A stretch of 64,000 bases of DNA from contig JBPYDU010000044.1 of assembly GCA_051985995.1 (NCBI GenBank), positions 2,794-66,793 on the forward strand. The letters are read 5' to 3'. Shown here piece after piece: positions 9,993 through 20,166 of the stretch. The DNA is from Candidatus Nitrosopolaris sp. (GTDB lineage Archaea > Thermoproteota > Nitrososphaeria > Nitrososphaerales > Nitrososphaeraceae). A program made the translations under genes and the position numbers. Within the stretch, counting starts at the first letter, position 1. The number at the start of each line of letters is the position of its first letter. Under the pieces are notes generated by a model. That model was not told where the DNA came from. It worked only from the letters and a program-made list of their open reading frames with translations, and made no database searches.

Positions 9993-10670
9993 TTGAGACT
10001 TCCTCTTATAATTATCAATTTTAAAAATTATCCAGAAATCTATGGTCAAAAAACTATTGAATTGTCGAAAGTGGCACAGAAAGTTGCCGAGGATACAAAT
10101 GTAGAGATTGCTTTGGCACCCCCGCAAGCTTCATTAGCCGTAGTAAGTCAAAGCGTACCACTCCCTGTCTTATGCCAACATCTCGACGATGCGCCAGAAG
10201 GCGCTTCTACGGGCTTCTTCGCTCCTGAAATGGCCAAGTCATTTGGGGCTAGTGGTTCGCTCCTGAATCATAGCGAACACAGGCTAGAGCGGCACACCAT
10301 TAGTAAGCTAACCGAACGTCTTCGAAATTTGCAGATGAATTCGGTAGTTTGCGTCACTACTCCTGACGAGGTAGCAAACATTGCAAAGCTTCGCCCTGAT
10401 TTTATTGCGATCGAACCTCCTGAATTAATTGGGTCAGGAAAAGCTGTTTCGAAACATGAACCCTCCGTTATTACACGTTCTGTAGAAGCAAAAGGCCAGT
10501 ATTCTAGCTCTACAAAACTAATTTGTGGCGCTGGAATAAGCGAAAAAATCGATGTTAGTATCGCAGCTCGACTCGGCGCTGAGGGTATTCTGGTCGCAAG
10601 TGGAATAATAAGATCATCCTCCTGGATCGAGAAGATATACGAACTGGCCTCCGGTTTTAACGGCCGATAA
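9993..10670 (+). CDS. tpiA: Triosephosphate isomerase (archaeal type)
   Basis: INFKNY, LLNHSE, AIEPPELIGSG, CGAGI, LVASG. Confidence 0.96.
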   Translation: MRLPLIIINFKNYPEIYGQKTIELSKVAQKVAEDTNVEIALAPPQASLAVVSQSVPLPVLCQHLDDAPEGASTGFFAPEMAKSFGASGSLLNHSEHRLERHTISKLTERLRNLQMNSVVCVTTPDEVANIAKLRPDFIAIEPPELIGSGKAVSKHEPSVITRSVEAKGQYSSSTKLICGAGISEKIDVSIAARLGAEGILVASGIIRSSSWIEKIYELASGFNGR

Positions 10671-10752
10671 ACATTTGAAATTCCTACGTGGCTGAAGGGA
10701 CTGTATCAAAATTAGCAGAGCTCGGATTGGAGACAAGAAAGTCCGTTTGAGC

Positions 10753-11010
10753 CTAAACTCCTAATTCTTTCGCTAATTTGACAAGTTTCTTGCCATCTCC
10801 TGTGAGTTTATTATATACCTTGTTCTTGACCGCTTTTCTTTGGACCAATCCATTGCGTTGCGCCTTCAATAAAAGCTTATGACCATAACCATATGCTCCT
10901 AACCTCTGGAGTAATTCTCGAGTCGGATATTCTGAATATCCTATAGTTTTTAAGAGTCTGACAATGGCTCTCTCTTTAACGAGCAGCCGCATGAGCTGTA
11001 CCTGTTTCAT
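10753..11010 (-). CDS. Small basic winged-helix-like protein
   Basis: 85 aa, basic; GLVQR...VYNKLTGDGKKL resembles a wHTH wing. Confidence 0.7.
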   Translation of the reverse strand: MKQVQLMRLLVKERAIVRLLKTIGYSEYPTRELLQRLGAYGYGHKLLLKAQRNGLVQRKAVKNKVYNKLTGDGKKLVKLAKELGV

Positions 11011-11213
11011 AATATCATGAGGAAGAAGAAATTATTTAACCGTTACTAATGATTGGCAACAATATTGTTTTCCCTTGAACATTTTCCTGTAGAGTCGTTT
11101 TTGTCTGAGATGAAGAGTGCCGGGTTCCCATGAAATGGTAACTAAGCTAGCACATGAATATTCAAATCCAGAAAGGATTAATTATCTGAAAATTCTTTCC
11201 ATAGAATTGATAG

Positions 11214-12029
11214 ATGACCGATTGGGACCTTCTCATGCCTGGAATAGGTCTTACTGCATTAGGAATAGCAGGTGTTTCGCTTTCTCTTGCTGGAATTGCT
11301 GCTACTTTTTTAGAAGGTATGCACGCAGTATCGCTTTTGGCTATGTTTTTAGGGCTGATTTTTTTGGTACAAGGTCTATTCAAGGACGGTTTTCCTTCAA
11401 GCCCTAGAGCTAAGTCAGCCACCTTTATTATCCTAGGCTTTCTAATAACATTCGGAATTGCTGCTGCGATAACGGTGAGTGCTCATGTTCCAAGCATCTA
11501 TGCATATATTGTCCTGATGATGATAATCTTTGTCCCTATATCAATTCTTGCAATAGCTTCGTTTAAAAAAACACCATATCTTAGGAATCTTGGAATTATT
11601 CTAATTGGAGTTGCAATAGTGGGAGGTTCCGCATTTTATGCTTTGGGAGTCGCTCCAAAGTCTTCTGCTCAGCCTGGACACAATGTGACCGGCATTATTA
11701 CTCACAACGCTACGGGTACAAATGTAACTCTGTCAAAAGGCGCCCCTACAAGGATGGTAAGTATTTTGCCCGGTGCGTCTGCTAAGGGTAATCCAAATTT
11801 TTCCCCCAAAGTCCTCAATGTCCCTAAAGGTGGAGGGATAATTTGGACTAATAATGATAACGTTCCTCATACAGTGACAAGCTTTATAGACAGCGGCAAG
11901 TCCTTCGACTCCTCCCTTATCATGCCTAAAAAGACATTTGTTCTTAATACTGCGAAATTAAGTGAGAAAACATATGATTACTTTTGTACACTCCATCCAT
12001 TTATGAAAGCAAAGTTCAATATTCAGTAG
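11214..12029 (+). CDS. Multi-pass membrane protein with C-terminal plastocyanin-like type 1 copper domain
   Basis: About 5 hydrophobic helices, then FSP..L.V..G..I.WTNND.VPHTVT and YFCTLHPFM (His, Cys, His, Met ligands). Confidence 0.9.
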   Translation: MTDWDLLMPGIGLTALGIAGVSLSLAGIAATFLEGMHAVSLLAMFLGLIFLVQGLFKDGFPSSPRAKSATFIILGFLITFGIAAAITVSAHVPSIYAYIVLMMIIFVPISILAIASFKKTPYLRNLGIILIGVAIVGGSAFYALGVAPKSSAQPGHNVTGIITHNATGTNVTLSKGAPTRMVSILPGASAKGNPNFSPKVLNVPKGGGIIWTNNDNVPHTVTSFIDSGKSFDSSLIMPKKTFVLNTAKLSEKTYDYFCTLHPFMKAKFNIQ

Positions 12030-12264
12030 TTCTCTACGAGGTAGCCTTGAAACGAATAAGCAGAGATCATCAGAAGGGGATGTGATAATACGTTATGTCA
12101 CACTCAAAACATATATTTGGACATACGAAAGATTAGATGAACACAAGATAAGCCATACTAAAAAGTTCCGATAGGCTATTCGATCAAATATCATCCACCA
12201 CACAATTTGAAGCAGGTGTAAATAATTTCAGGCGATTCCGCTATCACAGACGTTTGGGTCGGAT

Positions 12265-13401
12265 CTACTCGTTTGTTGATGTGGACACAGGTCCAGCTCG
12301 CATCTTAGTCTCAATATCTGTCAAAAGCTTAACCAGGTCAGGTTTGTGCGAGTTTAGATACTCATATCCTTTGTCCTTTAACCTTATTTGGAATAGTCTC
12401 AAATCTCTATGTTCATCAAAGAACTGTTCTATCATTGCAGTTCCGTGCTTGGTTGGGTTAATAAGCTGATCAAAACATTCGATCGTTGCATTTACATCGC
12501 CTTTTTCCACTGACTCTTTCGCTTTTCCAATGACTTCGATAATATCCCTCAGCTGTTGTACAGGTGCAGATACTACTTTGCTGTACCCGAATAAACCAAC
12601 GCGTTTAGCCACTCCTACCTTCTCGGCAATCTCTTTGACTAATTCGTAATACTCCTCCTTGCTCGTGAAAAAACCATGGATTTCTTTCCTTTCTTTTTTT
12701 ACAGTCAACCCCTTCATTGATAATCGCATAAAGGCGTCTTCGACTTCAGATCTGTCCATGCCTGTGACCCAAACGATTTTGCCTACATGATTGTAGCCTT
12801 GTCTTATAGACTCTAGGACTACAACTTCAATGATACGTCTAAACCCTTCCTCTGCCTTCGCGTTTTCGAAGTCTCGATCACGAACCGCTCTCTTTGCATA
12901 CGAGATATCTATCTCTATTGAACGCTTGAGAGCCTCCATGCCTTCCTCGACCTTCCCGACAACCGTCAAATAGCACGCCTTGTTATACCATGACATTCCG
13001 TCGTTAGGATTAATATCAATCGCTTTTTCGCATGCTTCTACGGCTTTCTCGTAATTATTCATTCTATAATACGCTAACCCTTTCAAATTCCATGCTTCCC
13101 CATTGTTGAGATCTATATCTAGCGCATTGTTGTAAGAGGAAACGGCAACAGGGTATTGGCCAAGGTGAAAATGGGCATATCCTTTTTTTATCCACGCGTC
13201 TACATATTTTGGGTCAATTCTTAAAGCCAGATCAAAACTGCGAATAGCATCTTCTAGCTTTTCACTCGCCATTTGGTTTACGCCTTTCTGATAGAGGTCA
13301 TGCTTCTGGAATTCCGAAGTGTCATCATAATGTACATATGTTGTGTCTTCAGAAGCAGGGTTAGACCTTGGCTTAGGCTTCCTTCCTAGGAATTTGCCCA
13401 T
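12265..13401 (-). CDS. Tetratricopeptide repeat protein
   Basis: Repeated AW..KG.A...LG.Y..A...Y..AL.I.P pattern, about 4 TPRs, followed by a wHTH-like segment. Confidence 0.88.
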   Translation of the reverse strand: MGKFLGRKPKPRSNPASEDTTYVHYDDTSEFQKHDLYQKGVNQMASEKLEDAIRSFDLALRIDPKYVDAWIKKGYAHFHLGQYPVAVSSYNNALDIDLNNGEAWNLKGLAYYRMNNYEKAVEACEKAIDINPNDGMSWYNKACYLTVVGKVEEGMEALKRSIEIDISYAKRAVRDRDFENAKAEEGFRRIIEVVVLESIRQGYNHVGKIVWVTGMDRSEVEDAFMRLSMKGLTVKKERKEIHGFFTSKEEYYELVKEIAEKVGVAKRVGLFGYSKVVSAPVQQLRDIIEVIGKAKESVEKGDVNATIECFDQLINPTKHGTAMIEQFFDEHRDLRLFQIRLKDKGYEYLNSHKPDLVKLLTDIETKMRAGPVSTSTNE

Positions 13402-13574
13402 CGAGATTTATTGTTCTTTTCGAGATAAATAGATTTGGAGTCCATCATATTTTCACAAGCACAATCTCTATACCACTATCCAACCAGCCGCGACGAGTGT
13501 TTAGATTTGCCAAATGGACTCAAAACGATTATTTAGAAGGACAGCGCTTATAAGCATATTCCGGGGTTATCTAA

Positions 13575-14087
13575 GTGAAATTAAATGATGCTGACGTAGA
13601 AGGCTTAACGGGGAAAAGTTTTAGAATTATAATCAATAATGGAAAAGATGGTATCCTTCAATCAAAATTGTGGAAGGAGCTTGATCTAACTAGCCGCGAT
13701 GGTTCTCGAGTGGCTATCCGTCTTGAAAAAAGGGCTCTTATAAAACGTGAAAAGATACTGAAAAATGGACGATGGACTTACAAACTCTTTGCAGTCAAAT
13801 TACCAGTAGGCACACAATCTATCGAACAGGCTCCCTGTCTGACGTGTCCAGTCGAACATATGTGTTCAGTTGAGGCATATTATAGTCCTAATAGTTGTAA
13901 CCTAATTGAAAATTGGATTTTAGCTTCTTTTGATACTGCTACCCACCAACAAGAAGAACCGCTGCCCCGGAAACACTCCGCGCAAGAACTTGTCCCTCAA
14001 GATGAAGCTGAGCTGTTAGTAAGCGAGTCTAAGTCATCCCTGGCAAAGAAACAGTCGAAAAAGGTGCTAAAAATTAACGAGAAATGA
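13575..14087 (+). CDS. Rpc34/C34-like winged-helix protein with 4-Cys cluster (TFE beta homologue)
   Basis: GILQSKLWKELDLTSRDGSR...LEKR.LIKR wHTH plus PCLTCPVEHMC...SPNSC..IENWI Fe-S-type motif. Confidence 0.8.
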   Translation: MKLNDADVEGLTGKSFRIIINNGKDGILQSKLWKELDLTSRDGSRVAIRLEKRALIKREKILKNGRWTYKLFAVKLPVGTQSIEQAPCLTCPVEHMCSVEAYYSPNSCNLIENWILASFDTATHQQEEPLPRKHSAQELVPQDEAELLVSESKSSLAKKQSKKVLKINEK

Positions 14088-14388
14088 GGCTATAGTAGTT
14101 GCGCCAAAATAGTCGACTATCTACTTAGGCATTTAGAGATTAATAACGTAAGACTATATGAAAACTTCAATCCTTTTCTAGCACTCGAAATCGACGTGAT
14201 TATTTCTATAAAGCATCTTGTTCCATAGCTCTAGTCTTTCTACCTCTTCATAAAATCTAATTTCCTTGAATTCGCATCCGTGCATGTAACTGACAATATT
14301 GTCCCAATTAAAGTCACTATTGGGAAGAGATGCATCTCTTTCAGGACAACCTATTGCAAGAGACTAATCTTCCTCTTTTTTCAACTAG

Positions 14389-14655
14389 TTGGTAGTTGGG
14401 ATATATTTTGTTCCTGTGTTTGGCTTTAAAGATCCGAGGTTCATGACATATGCATTTGGTCTTGCCATGCTTCTGTTCATAGGCTTTCTATTTGGATTGG
14501 CCGGTCACTATGACATGTATAATAACAAATCCGGGCGTTCATCCTGCTACTTTCCTTATCAAGAAAAAATAGTAGTTGTAATCATAGCTGTTTTGGCGAT
14601 CACATATATAATAATTGCGGAGTACTCCTCACCTAGTCCTCCACACTATCGGTGA
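14389..14655 (+). CDS. Small membrane protein, possibly 5'-degraded
   Basis: Three hydrophobic segments; TTG start directly after an in-frame stop. Confidence 0.35.
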   Translation: MVVGIYFVPVFGFKDPRFMTYAFGLAMLLFIGFLFGLAGHYDMYNNKSGRSSCYFPYQEKIVVVIIAVLAITYIIIAEYSSPSPPHYR

Positions 14656-14851
14656 TGGCCCGAATGTGATAATGATATATTATGACATGTCTTGTAAACG
14701 GTAACTTGATAGATAGGCATATAGGGGTTTTCTGCTAAGAGTGCGTATCAATCGAGATTTGGTACATGTGTCACACATCTTGTGAAACCGTGTTAGGTTC
14801 CACTAAGTTGAATTATGTAGTATACCATGTCACTCCTCTATTGATACAGAG

Positions 14852-15499
14852 ATGATACAAAGTATGAAGTTGACAGATGCAAAAAGAGATTATTACCGAA
14901 ATTTGGCAAAGGACGCAGGTTATCGTAGCAGATCTGCCTACAAACTCCTAGGTCTAAACCACTCTTACGGTATATTTAGGCCAAGACAAGTAGTAGTAGA
15001 TCTGGGTTCAGCACCGGGAGGTTGGCTTCAAGTAGCAAAACAAAAAGTCGGTGTTGACAGTCTGGTTGTCGGGATAGATATCAAGCAAATACAGCCATTG
15101 GAGGGTGTCACGATCTTACGAGGTAGCATCGATGATGCCGAAATAATAGATAAGGTTCTCAGATTAGTCGGCGGTAGAGCGGACATAGTGTTATCTGATA
15201 TTTCTCCAAACTTGAGCGGTATATGGGATTTAGATCATAGCAGACAAATCTCTTTGACGAGAAGTGCCTTGGCTGCGGCTCTTAAGCTATTGAGAAGACG
15301 CGGCGCTTCGGTGTTTAAAGTTTTCGAAGGAGAGTTACTTAATGGACTGAAGGAGGAACTGAAAAATCACTTTCAACGAGTATACTCTAATAAGCCTAAG
15401 GCAAGCAGACAGAGAAGTAGTGAGCAATATATCGTCTGTTTCGGGTTTGAACCTTCGTGTCTTGAAGCTAAAGGCGAAGACATTCGGAATAATGCATAG
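14852..15499 (+). CDS. rlmE: 23S rRNA 2'-O-methyltransferase RlmE/FtsJ
   Basis: GYRSRSAYKL, VDLGSAPGGWLQ, VLSD.SPN.SG, KPKASR..SSE.Y. Confidence 0.95.
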   Translation: MIQSMKLTDAKRDYYRNLAKDAGYRSRSAYKLLGLNHSYGIFRPRQVVVDLGSAPGGWLQVAKQKVGVDSLVVGIDIKQIQPLEGVTILRGSIDDAEIIDKVLRLVGGRADIVLSDISPNLSGIWDLDHSRQISLTRSALAAALKLLRRRGASVFKVFEGELLNGLKEELKNHFQRVYSNKPKASRQRSSEQYIVCFGFEPSCLEAKGEDIRNNA

Positions 15500-15554
15500 A
15501 CACACACTTCCGACATTATCGTCGAGCGATTAGGTAAGCGATTTATACTTCACT

Positions 15555-16385
15555 CTACTTATCTTCACCGTAAAGCAACTTTAGCTCTTCGAAGCTTAAT
15601 TTGGCACCAGCCTCGAACTTTTTCTTAGCAGATTCCTTAACCTTGAACAGTGCTTCTTCTCCATGTCGGTGCCTCTTCCTCCATAGAGCCAATGCATCAA
15701 GCCGCGAATTTATGCTATCTAAAGTCGCCAAGGATTCGTCGTAATCCTTAAGGAACCTTTGGTGCTCCGAAGCTTGACTTCGCTTGTCCTCGAAAAGTTC
15801 GTTTAATTTATTTTGAATATCAGCAACTTTGGCTTGTAGTGTTTTGCTTTCGGAATCAAGAATTTTTAGTATCGTTTTAATCTGTTCAGCTTCCGTGTTG
15901 AGATCTGCTAATTGTTCGGTCACAGCGCGAATAGCTTTTATTGCCTCAAGCTTCATTGAAGCATCGTTCAGTATGGTTAAGGTTTCATTCTTTTCCCGTT
16001 CATTCTTGTACTGCTTTTTATCAACCAATATCTGGCTTGATTCAAGAATCCTAACCAAATCAAATTCATTTTCGGATGGAAGTCGAGGTATCATTGTACT
16101 TACAAAATTTTTGGATTTCGAAATTTTTTCACTAATCATCAGTAACTGAGAATTGTTAGAATTCATTTCCGTCCGTATCTGAGCTAATCTTCTTGTCATG
16201 TTAACAAATTTATTTTTCTCTTGCTGGATATTCTCGTTTACCGAACGAAATTTATTTTTCTCGATATCGATGATTTTGTCAGTCAAATCCTTTATCTGCT
16301 TAAGAAAACTACGTTTCAAAGAAACCAAATCATCCCAGTTCAGGGATTCTAGATCGTGAACTGGATTTTGATCTACAGAGCTCAA
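15555..16385 (-). CDS. Archaeal coiled-coil protein (COG1340-like)
   Basis: Heptad-rich throughout; C-terminus AKKKFEAGAKLSFEELKLL resembles that family. Confidence 0.7.
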   Translation of the reverse strand: MSSVDQNPVHDLESLNWDDLVSLKRSFLKQIKDLTDKIIDIEKNKFRSVNENIQQEKNKFVNMTRRLAQIRTEMNSNNSQLLMISEKISKSKNFVSTMIPRLPSENEFDLVRILESSQILVDKKQYKNEREKNETLTILNDASMKLEAIKAIRAVTEQLADLNTEAEQIKTILKILDSESKTLQAKVADIQNKLNELFEDKRSQASEHQRFLKDYDESLATLDSINSRLDALALWRKRHRHGEEALFKVKESAKKKFEAGAKLSFEELKLLYGEDK

Positions 16386-16656
16386 TCCTCGTCGTCCTTA
16401 CTACAAAGAGGAGGGAAGCCATGACATAAAAATATAATGGAAAAACATATGACTTGCAACATTATCCTTCACTCCCCAGTTCAAACGTGCTTTGTATTGC
16501 AAAAGGTCTGGAACACTAGAAATGTACCTTTCAGGATCTCCAGAATATAAATGTAATAAAGATTTCATATAATGTGTTCATCGCAGTTAGATTTTGTCCC
16601 AGAAAGACTCCAAAACAGAGCTATTCTTATATTCAAGCACGAGGATTTATGTCAGG

Positions 16657-16893
16657 TTGGCAACACAGGCTTATTGTGTAAAATGTAAAGCGAAACGAGA
16701 TATGAAAGATGAAAAGCAGGTAACTATGAAAAACGGTCAAAGTGCTCTCTCAGGAATATGTACTGTATGTGGTACAAAGATGTTCAAGATAGGCGGTGGT
16801 AGCAAAAAAATTGCTAAGGCCAAAGCAGCTAGCAAGAAACCAACTATAAGAACCGCAAAAGTAAAAGCAAAATCCACAAGTAAGAGGAAATAA
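16657..16893 (+). CDS. DUF5679-like zinc-ribbon protein with Lys/Ala-rich tail
   Basis: AYCVKCKAKRDMKD...MKNG...GICTVCGTKMFKIG. The TTG at 16657 is in frame with the 16594 ORF and follows a TATA-like box near 16627. Confidence 0.8.
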   Translation: MATQAYCVKCKAKRDMKDEKQVTMKNGQSALSGICTVCGTKMFKIGGGSKKIAKAKAASKKPTIRTAKVKAKSTSKRK

Positions 16894-16937
16894 CAAAAGC
16901 GCTCAGTCGGAACTATTGGTTTGCATGTCAAGTAAAA

Positions 16938-16978
16938 GGAGTAGGATGGAATGCTCGTCTACTCCAATTTTTATTTTT
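16938..16978 (+). terminator. Hairpin plus T-rich tract after the zinc-ribbon gene
   Basis: GGAGTAGG (16938-45) pairs with TCTACTCC (16958-65) and is followed by a T-rich run. Confidence 0.4.
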
Positions 16979-17189
16979 GATATCCAATATTATCAAATAA
17001 ACTAACTGTTTCATATTGTATCTATCACACTAGTAATATCAATTATATTTTTTTCACTTTGCATACATTCATTAGGGGACCATCTGAAATAAATACATCA
17101 AGGACGAACCGACCACAATAATATGAACTTGATCGAGCACGAAAGAAACCCACTAGCTACATTGAGTAGTCATGATGTAGAAGGATAAG

Positions 17190-18272
17190 TCATACCATAT
17201 CGAACTTTTGCTCAGCTTCTATTAATTTATCTTTATTACCACATAAATGTATTAATTCTGATAGCTTTTTTTGGGGAGTACCTTCCTTTATAGCTGCTCG
17301 CGCGATTCCGACGCCTTCTTTTAGATCCTTCGCAATTTTTCCGATGACTAGTGCCGCGGCAGCATTCATCGCAGCTATGTCTTCTTTTTCGGGGCTGGCG
17401 AGACCGTATACAACTTGGAGTGTGTCTCTTATCGATTCTTCTCCAGAATGTATTACCAGTTGTTCGGGCTTAGCAACTAATACATTTACATCCTTAGGAT
17501 GAAGTCGTAGTCGTTTAATTTTTCTGTCATGTATCCAGATAATATCATTTTCACATGTGTTAGAAAGCTCATCAAAACCATCGAAAGAATGTACGACCAT
17601 CAGTTCATGTAGGTCAGTATTTTGCATTGCAGCAGCGACCGTTTCGAGTAAAGAGGGCTCATAAACTCCTACAAGTTGACCGGAAAGATTTGTGCAGGGA
17701 TTACTTAAGGGTCCGACGATGTTAAAGGCAGTTCTTATTCCTACGCAAGCTCTGGCAGAGGCGACGCTGCGCATAGCGGGATGGAACTTTGTGGCATAAA
17801 GAAAACCAAAACCTATATTCTCGATCGTTTTACGTATGACTTCAGGGGAAGTATCCAAGTCCATCCCAATAAATTCTAGAAAATCCGCGCTGCCACAGAA
17901 TCCCGAGACAGATCTATTACCGTGTTTTGCGACTTTGCACCCTGCTGCGGATGCTATTACTGCAGCAGCGGTACTAATATTGTACGATTTTATCATATCA
18001 CCGCCGGTCCCACATGTATCAACCAATCTACCGTTGATGTTTGGTGTAATCCTTATAGCATTGCTCTTAATGGCCTGAAGTATCGTTGTAATTTCTTCAG
18101 GCGACTCGCCTTTCATCCGAAGCGCGACCAAGAATGAAGTAATGGCAGCCTCAGAGGCTTTGCCTCCAAGGATCAGACTCATAGAACCTCGGACTTCCTC
18201 TTCCGATAGATTAACTCTAGACACTAGTTTTTTGATTATGGGACGTAGATCAGCGCATAGCTCTCGGTTCAC
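17190..18272 (-). CDS. trpD: Anthranilate phosphoribosyltransferase
   Basis: VDTCGTGGD, NIST, KHGNRSVSG..GSAD, FHPAM, RTAFN..GPL.NP, GFDE. Confidence 0.97.
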   Translation of the reverse strand: MNRELCADLRPIIKKLVSRVNLSEEEVRGSMSLILGGKASEAAITSFLVALRMKGESPEEITTILQAIKSNAIRITPNINGRLVDTCGTGGDMIKSYNISTAAAVIASAAGCKVAKHGNRSVSGFCGSADFLEFIGMDLDTSPEVIRKTIENIGFGFLYATKFHPAMRSVASARACVGIRTAFNIVGPLSNPCTNLSGQLVGVYEPSLLETVAAAMQNTDLHELMVVHSFDGFDELSNTCENDIIWIHDRKIKRLRLHPKDVNVLVAKPEQLVIHSGEESIRDTLQVVYGLASPEKEDIAAMNAAAALVIGKIAKDLKEGVGIARAAIKEGTPQKKLSELIHLCGNKDKLIEAEQKFDMV

Positions 18273-18857
18273 TCATCTCTTCACCATTGAGATGAAATTG
18301 AAAAAAATTTTCGGTCCCTGATCTGTTAAAACAGATTCGGGATGAAATTGTACTCCTTCTATCAAGTACTGTCTGTGCCTGATCGCCATAATTTCACCAT
18401 CATCAAGCGCAGTTGCTGTAACTTCGAGACAAGGGGGAATTTTCTTATCCGCGACCAAAGAATGGTAGCGAGTTGCCTTAAATGGATTGCTTACCTGATC
18501 AAAAAGTCTTCCGGAATTGTATTGGATAATACTTGTTTTTCCGTGTCTGACTTTTCTGGCATTGACGACTTTGCCACCGAACGCGTGGACTATACCTTGG
18601 TGTCCAAGGCACACACCAAGGATAGGTGTTTGTGGTCCGAGCTCAGCTATGATATCCGTGCATATGCCAAAGTATTTCCTGTCTGCGGGGTGACCTGGGC
18701 CAGGAGAAATGACTATTGCATCAGGATCTATAATTTTGATCGAATTAACGGTAAGCTTTTCATTTCGAATGACCGTCGGTTCAGTCTTTAATTCGCCTAG
18801 TCGTTGCGCAATATTATATACGAAAGAATCATAATTATCTACAACAAGGACCCTCAT
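18273..18857 (-). CDS. trpG: Anthranilate synthase component II (glutamine amidotransferase)
   Basis: DNYDSF, ISPGPG, GVCLGHQ, RYHSL, GVQFHPES; start taken at ATG 18857. Confidence 0.95.
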   Translation of the reverse strand: MRVLVVDNYDSFVYNIAQRLGELKTEPTVIRNEKLTVNSIKIIDPDAIVISPGPGHPADRKYFGICTDIIAELGPQTPILGVCLGHQGIVHAFGGKVVNARKVRHGKTSIIQYNSGRLFDQVSNPFKATRYHSLVADKKIPPCLEVTATALDDGEIMAIRHRQYLIEGVQFHPESVLTDQGPKIFFNFISMVKR

Positions 18858-19122
18858 TTTATAATGTCCTCCATTCCGAACTCGCATCTAGTCAAAACAC
18901 AATTTTCTCTGTTGTGTGTACCCTTGAAATTATATTTAAACCTAGTTCAAGATTGGGGTGCGAAAAACAATTTCGATGGGTCTGAACGAATTTGTGCAAT
19001 GCTTGCTCTGTTGATTAAAAAATGCGATATGTATAGGAAATATATGTATGCTGCGCGCAAGAAATGTATATAAAATGTTAAAAACCACATCCATTAGAAA
19101 ATTTAGTTATTAGTGAATTGTA

Positions 19123-20166
19123 TTGGTTAAAGTGTTTGTGAATGGGTTTGGCAATATTGGACGTCGTCTAGCGAATACGTTGTCTGGTGACAAGGAGATT
19201 CAATTCATCGGCGTCGCGAAGTATAGCGCAGACGAGAAGACGAGGGAGGCGCTGGAGAGCAAATACGATGTATATGTACCGGAACGCAATCTGAAACAAT
19301 TCAGTGATAATAAATATGAGGTATCTGGAACTGTGCAAGAAGCTGTAAATCAAAGCGACATAATTGTAGATGCGGCCAAAGAGGGTGAGGGATTCGAAAA
19401 CAAAAAGAGACTATATGAGCCTATGAAAAAAGCTGCTATTTTTCAAGGAGGGGAAGAAAGATGGGGTCCCCGCTCGGTAGCGGATATGATTCACAATTCA
19501 AGGATAAATTACGCAAAGGCCATTGGTAAAATGTATGTTATTCAAGGTAGCTGTAATGTGTCAGGTATGGGGAGAATAATGCAGCCTCTTGCTGAAAAGT
19601 TTGGGGATGAAATTGAAAGGTACGATGTTACCATCGTCAGAAGGTGGGCAGATCTTGAAGATTCGAAAGAGGTGAGAGATTCGATCGAATGGGATAAAGA
19701 GCCTCATCATCAAGAGGATGTCAAAGATTTTATGCCAGCGGCAAACCTGTTCGTCGAAGCGTATAAAGTCCCTTCTAGGATGATGCATCTCCATCAAATG
19801 TCAATCCGATTCAAAACCAAAGCTCCTACTAAAGATAGCGTGATCGAAGCATTAAGCAAGGAATTTGGGGTCGCAATATTAAATTCCGCCAAAGGATCTT
19901 CCGACGTAAGAAACAAAGCCTTGATGCTGGGCTTCCAATATGGGGATACAAACATGGTACATATTCATGAAGAAGTGCTAAGAGTACAAGATGATGTTCT
20001 CAAAATTTTATACACAGACGATCAGACAGGTATGGTTATTCCTGAAAATCACTTACTATTGCAATCAATGGTTTTTGGACGCTCTCGAGAGCAGGCGATT
20101 AAGAAAACAGACTCCTTATTCCAAATAAGTAGAAAAAAAAAGATACTTGAAGAAGAATTCAAATAG
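19123..20166 (+). CDS. gap: Archaeal (type II) glyceraldehyde-3-phosphate dehydrogenase
   Basis: VNGFGNIGRR, IFQGGE, catalytic SCN, VRRWAD, MHLH, VIPEN. Confidence 0.92.
   Translation: MVKVFVNGFGNIGRRLANTLSGDKEIQFIGVAKYSADEKTREALESKYDVYVPERNLKQFSDNKYEVSGTVQEAVNQSDIIVDAAKEGEGFENKKRLYEPMKKAAIFQGGEERWGPRSVADMIHNSRINYAKAIGKMYVIQGSCNVSGMGRIMQPLAEKFGDEIERYDVTIVRRWADLEDSKEVRDSIEWDKEPHHQEDVKDFMPAANLFVEAYKVPSRMMHLHQMSIRFKTKAPTKDSVIEALSKEFGVAILNSAKGSSDVRNKALMLGFQYGDTNMVHIHEEVLRVQDDVLKILYTDDQTGMVIPENHLLLQSMVFGRSREQAIKKTDSLFQISRKKKILEEEFK

Noticed and set aside
18858-19122. trp attenuator upstream of trpG
   Set aside because: No Trp-codon-containing leader ORF or terminator hairpin was seen; the region looks like a plain divergent promoter. 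The 18804-19073 ORF is likely spurious.
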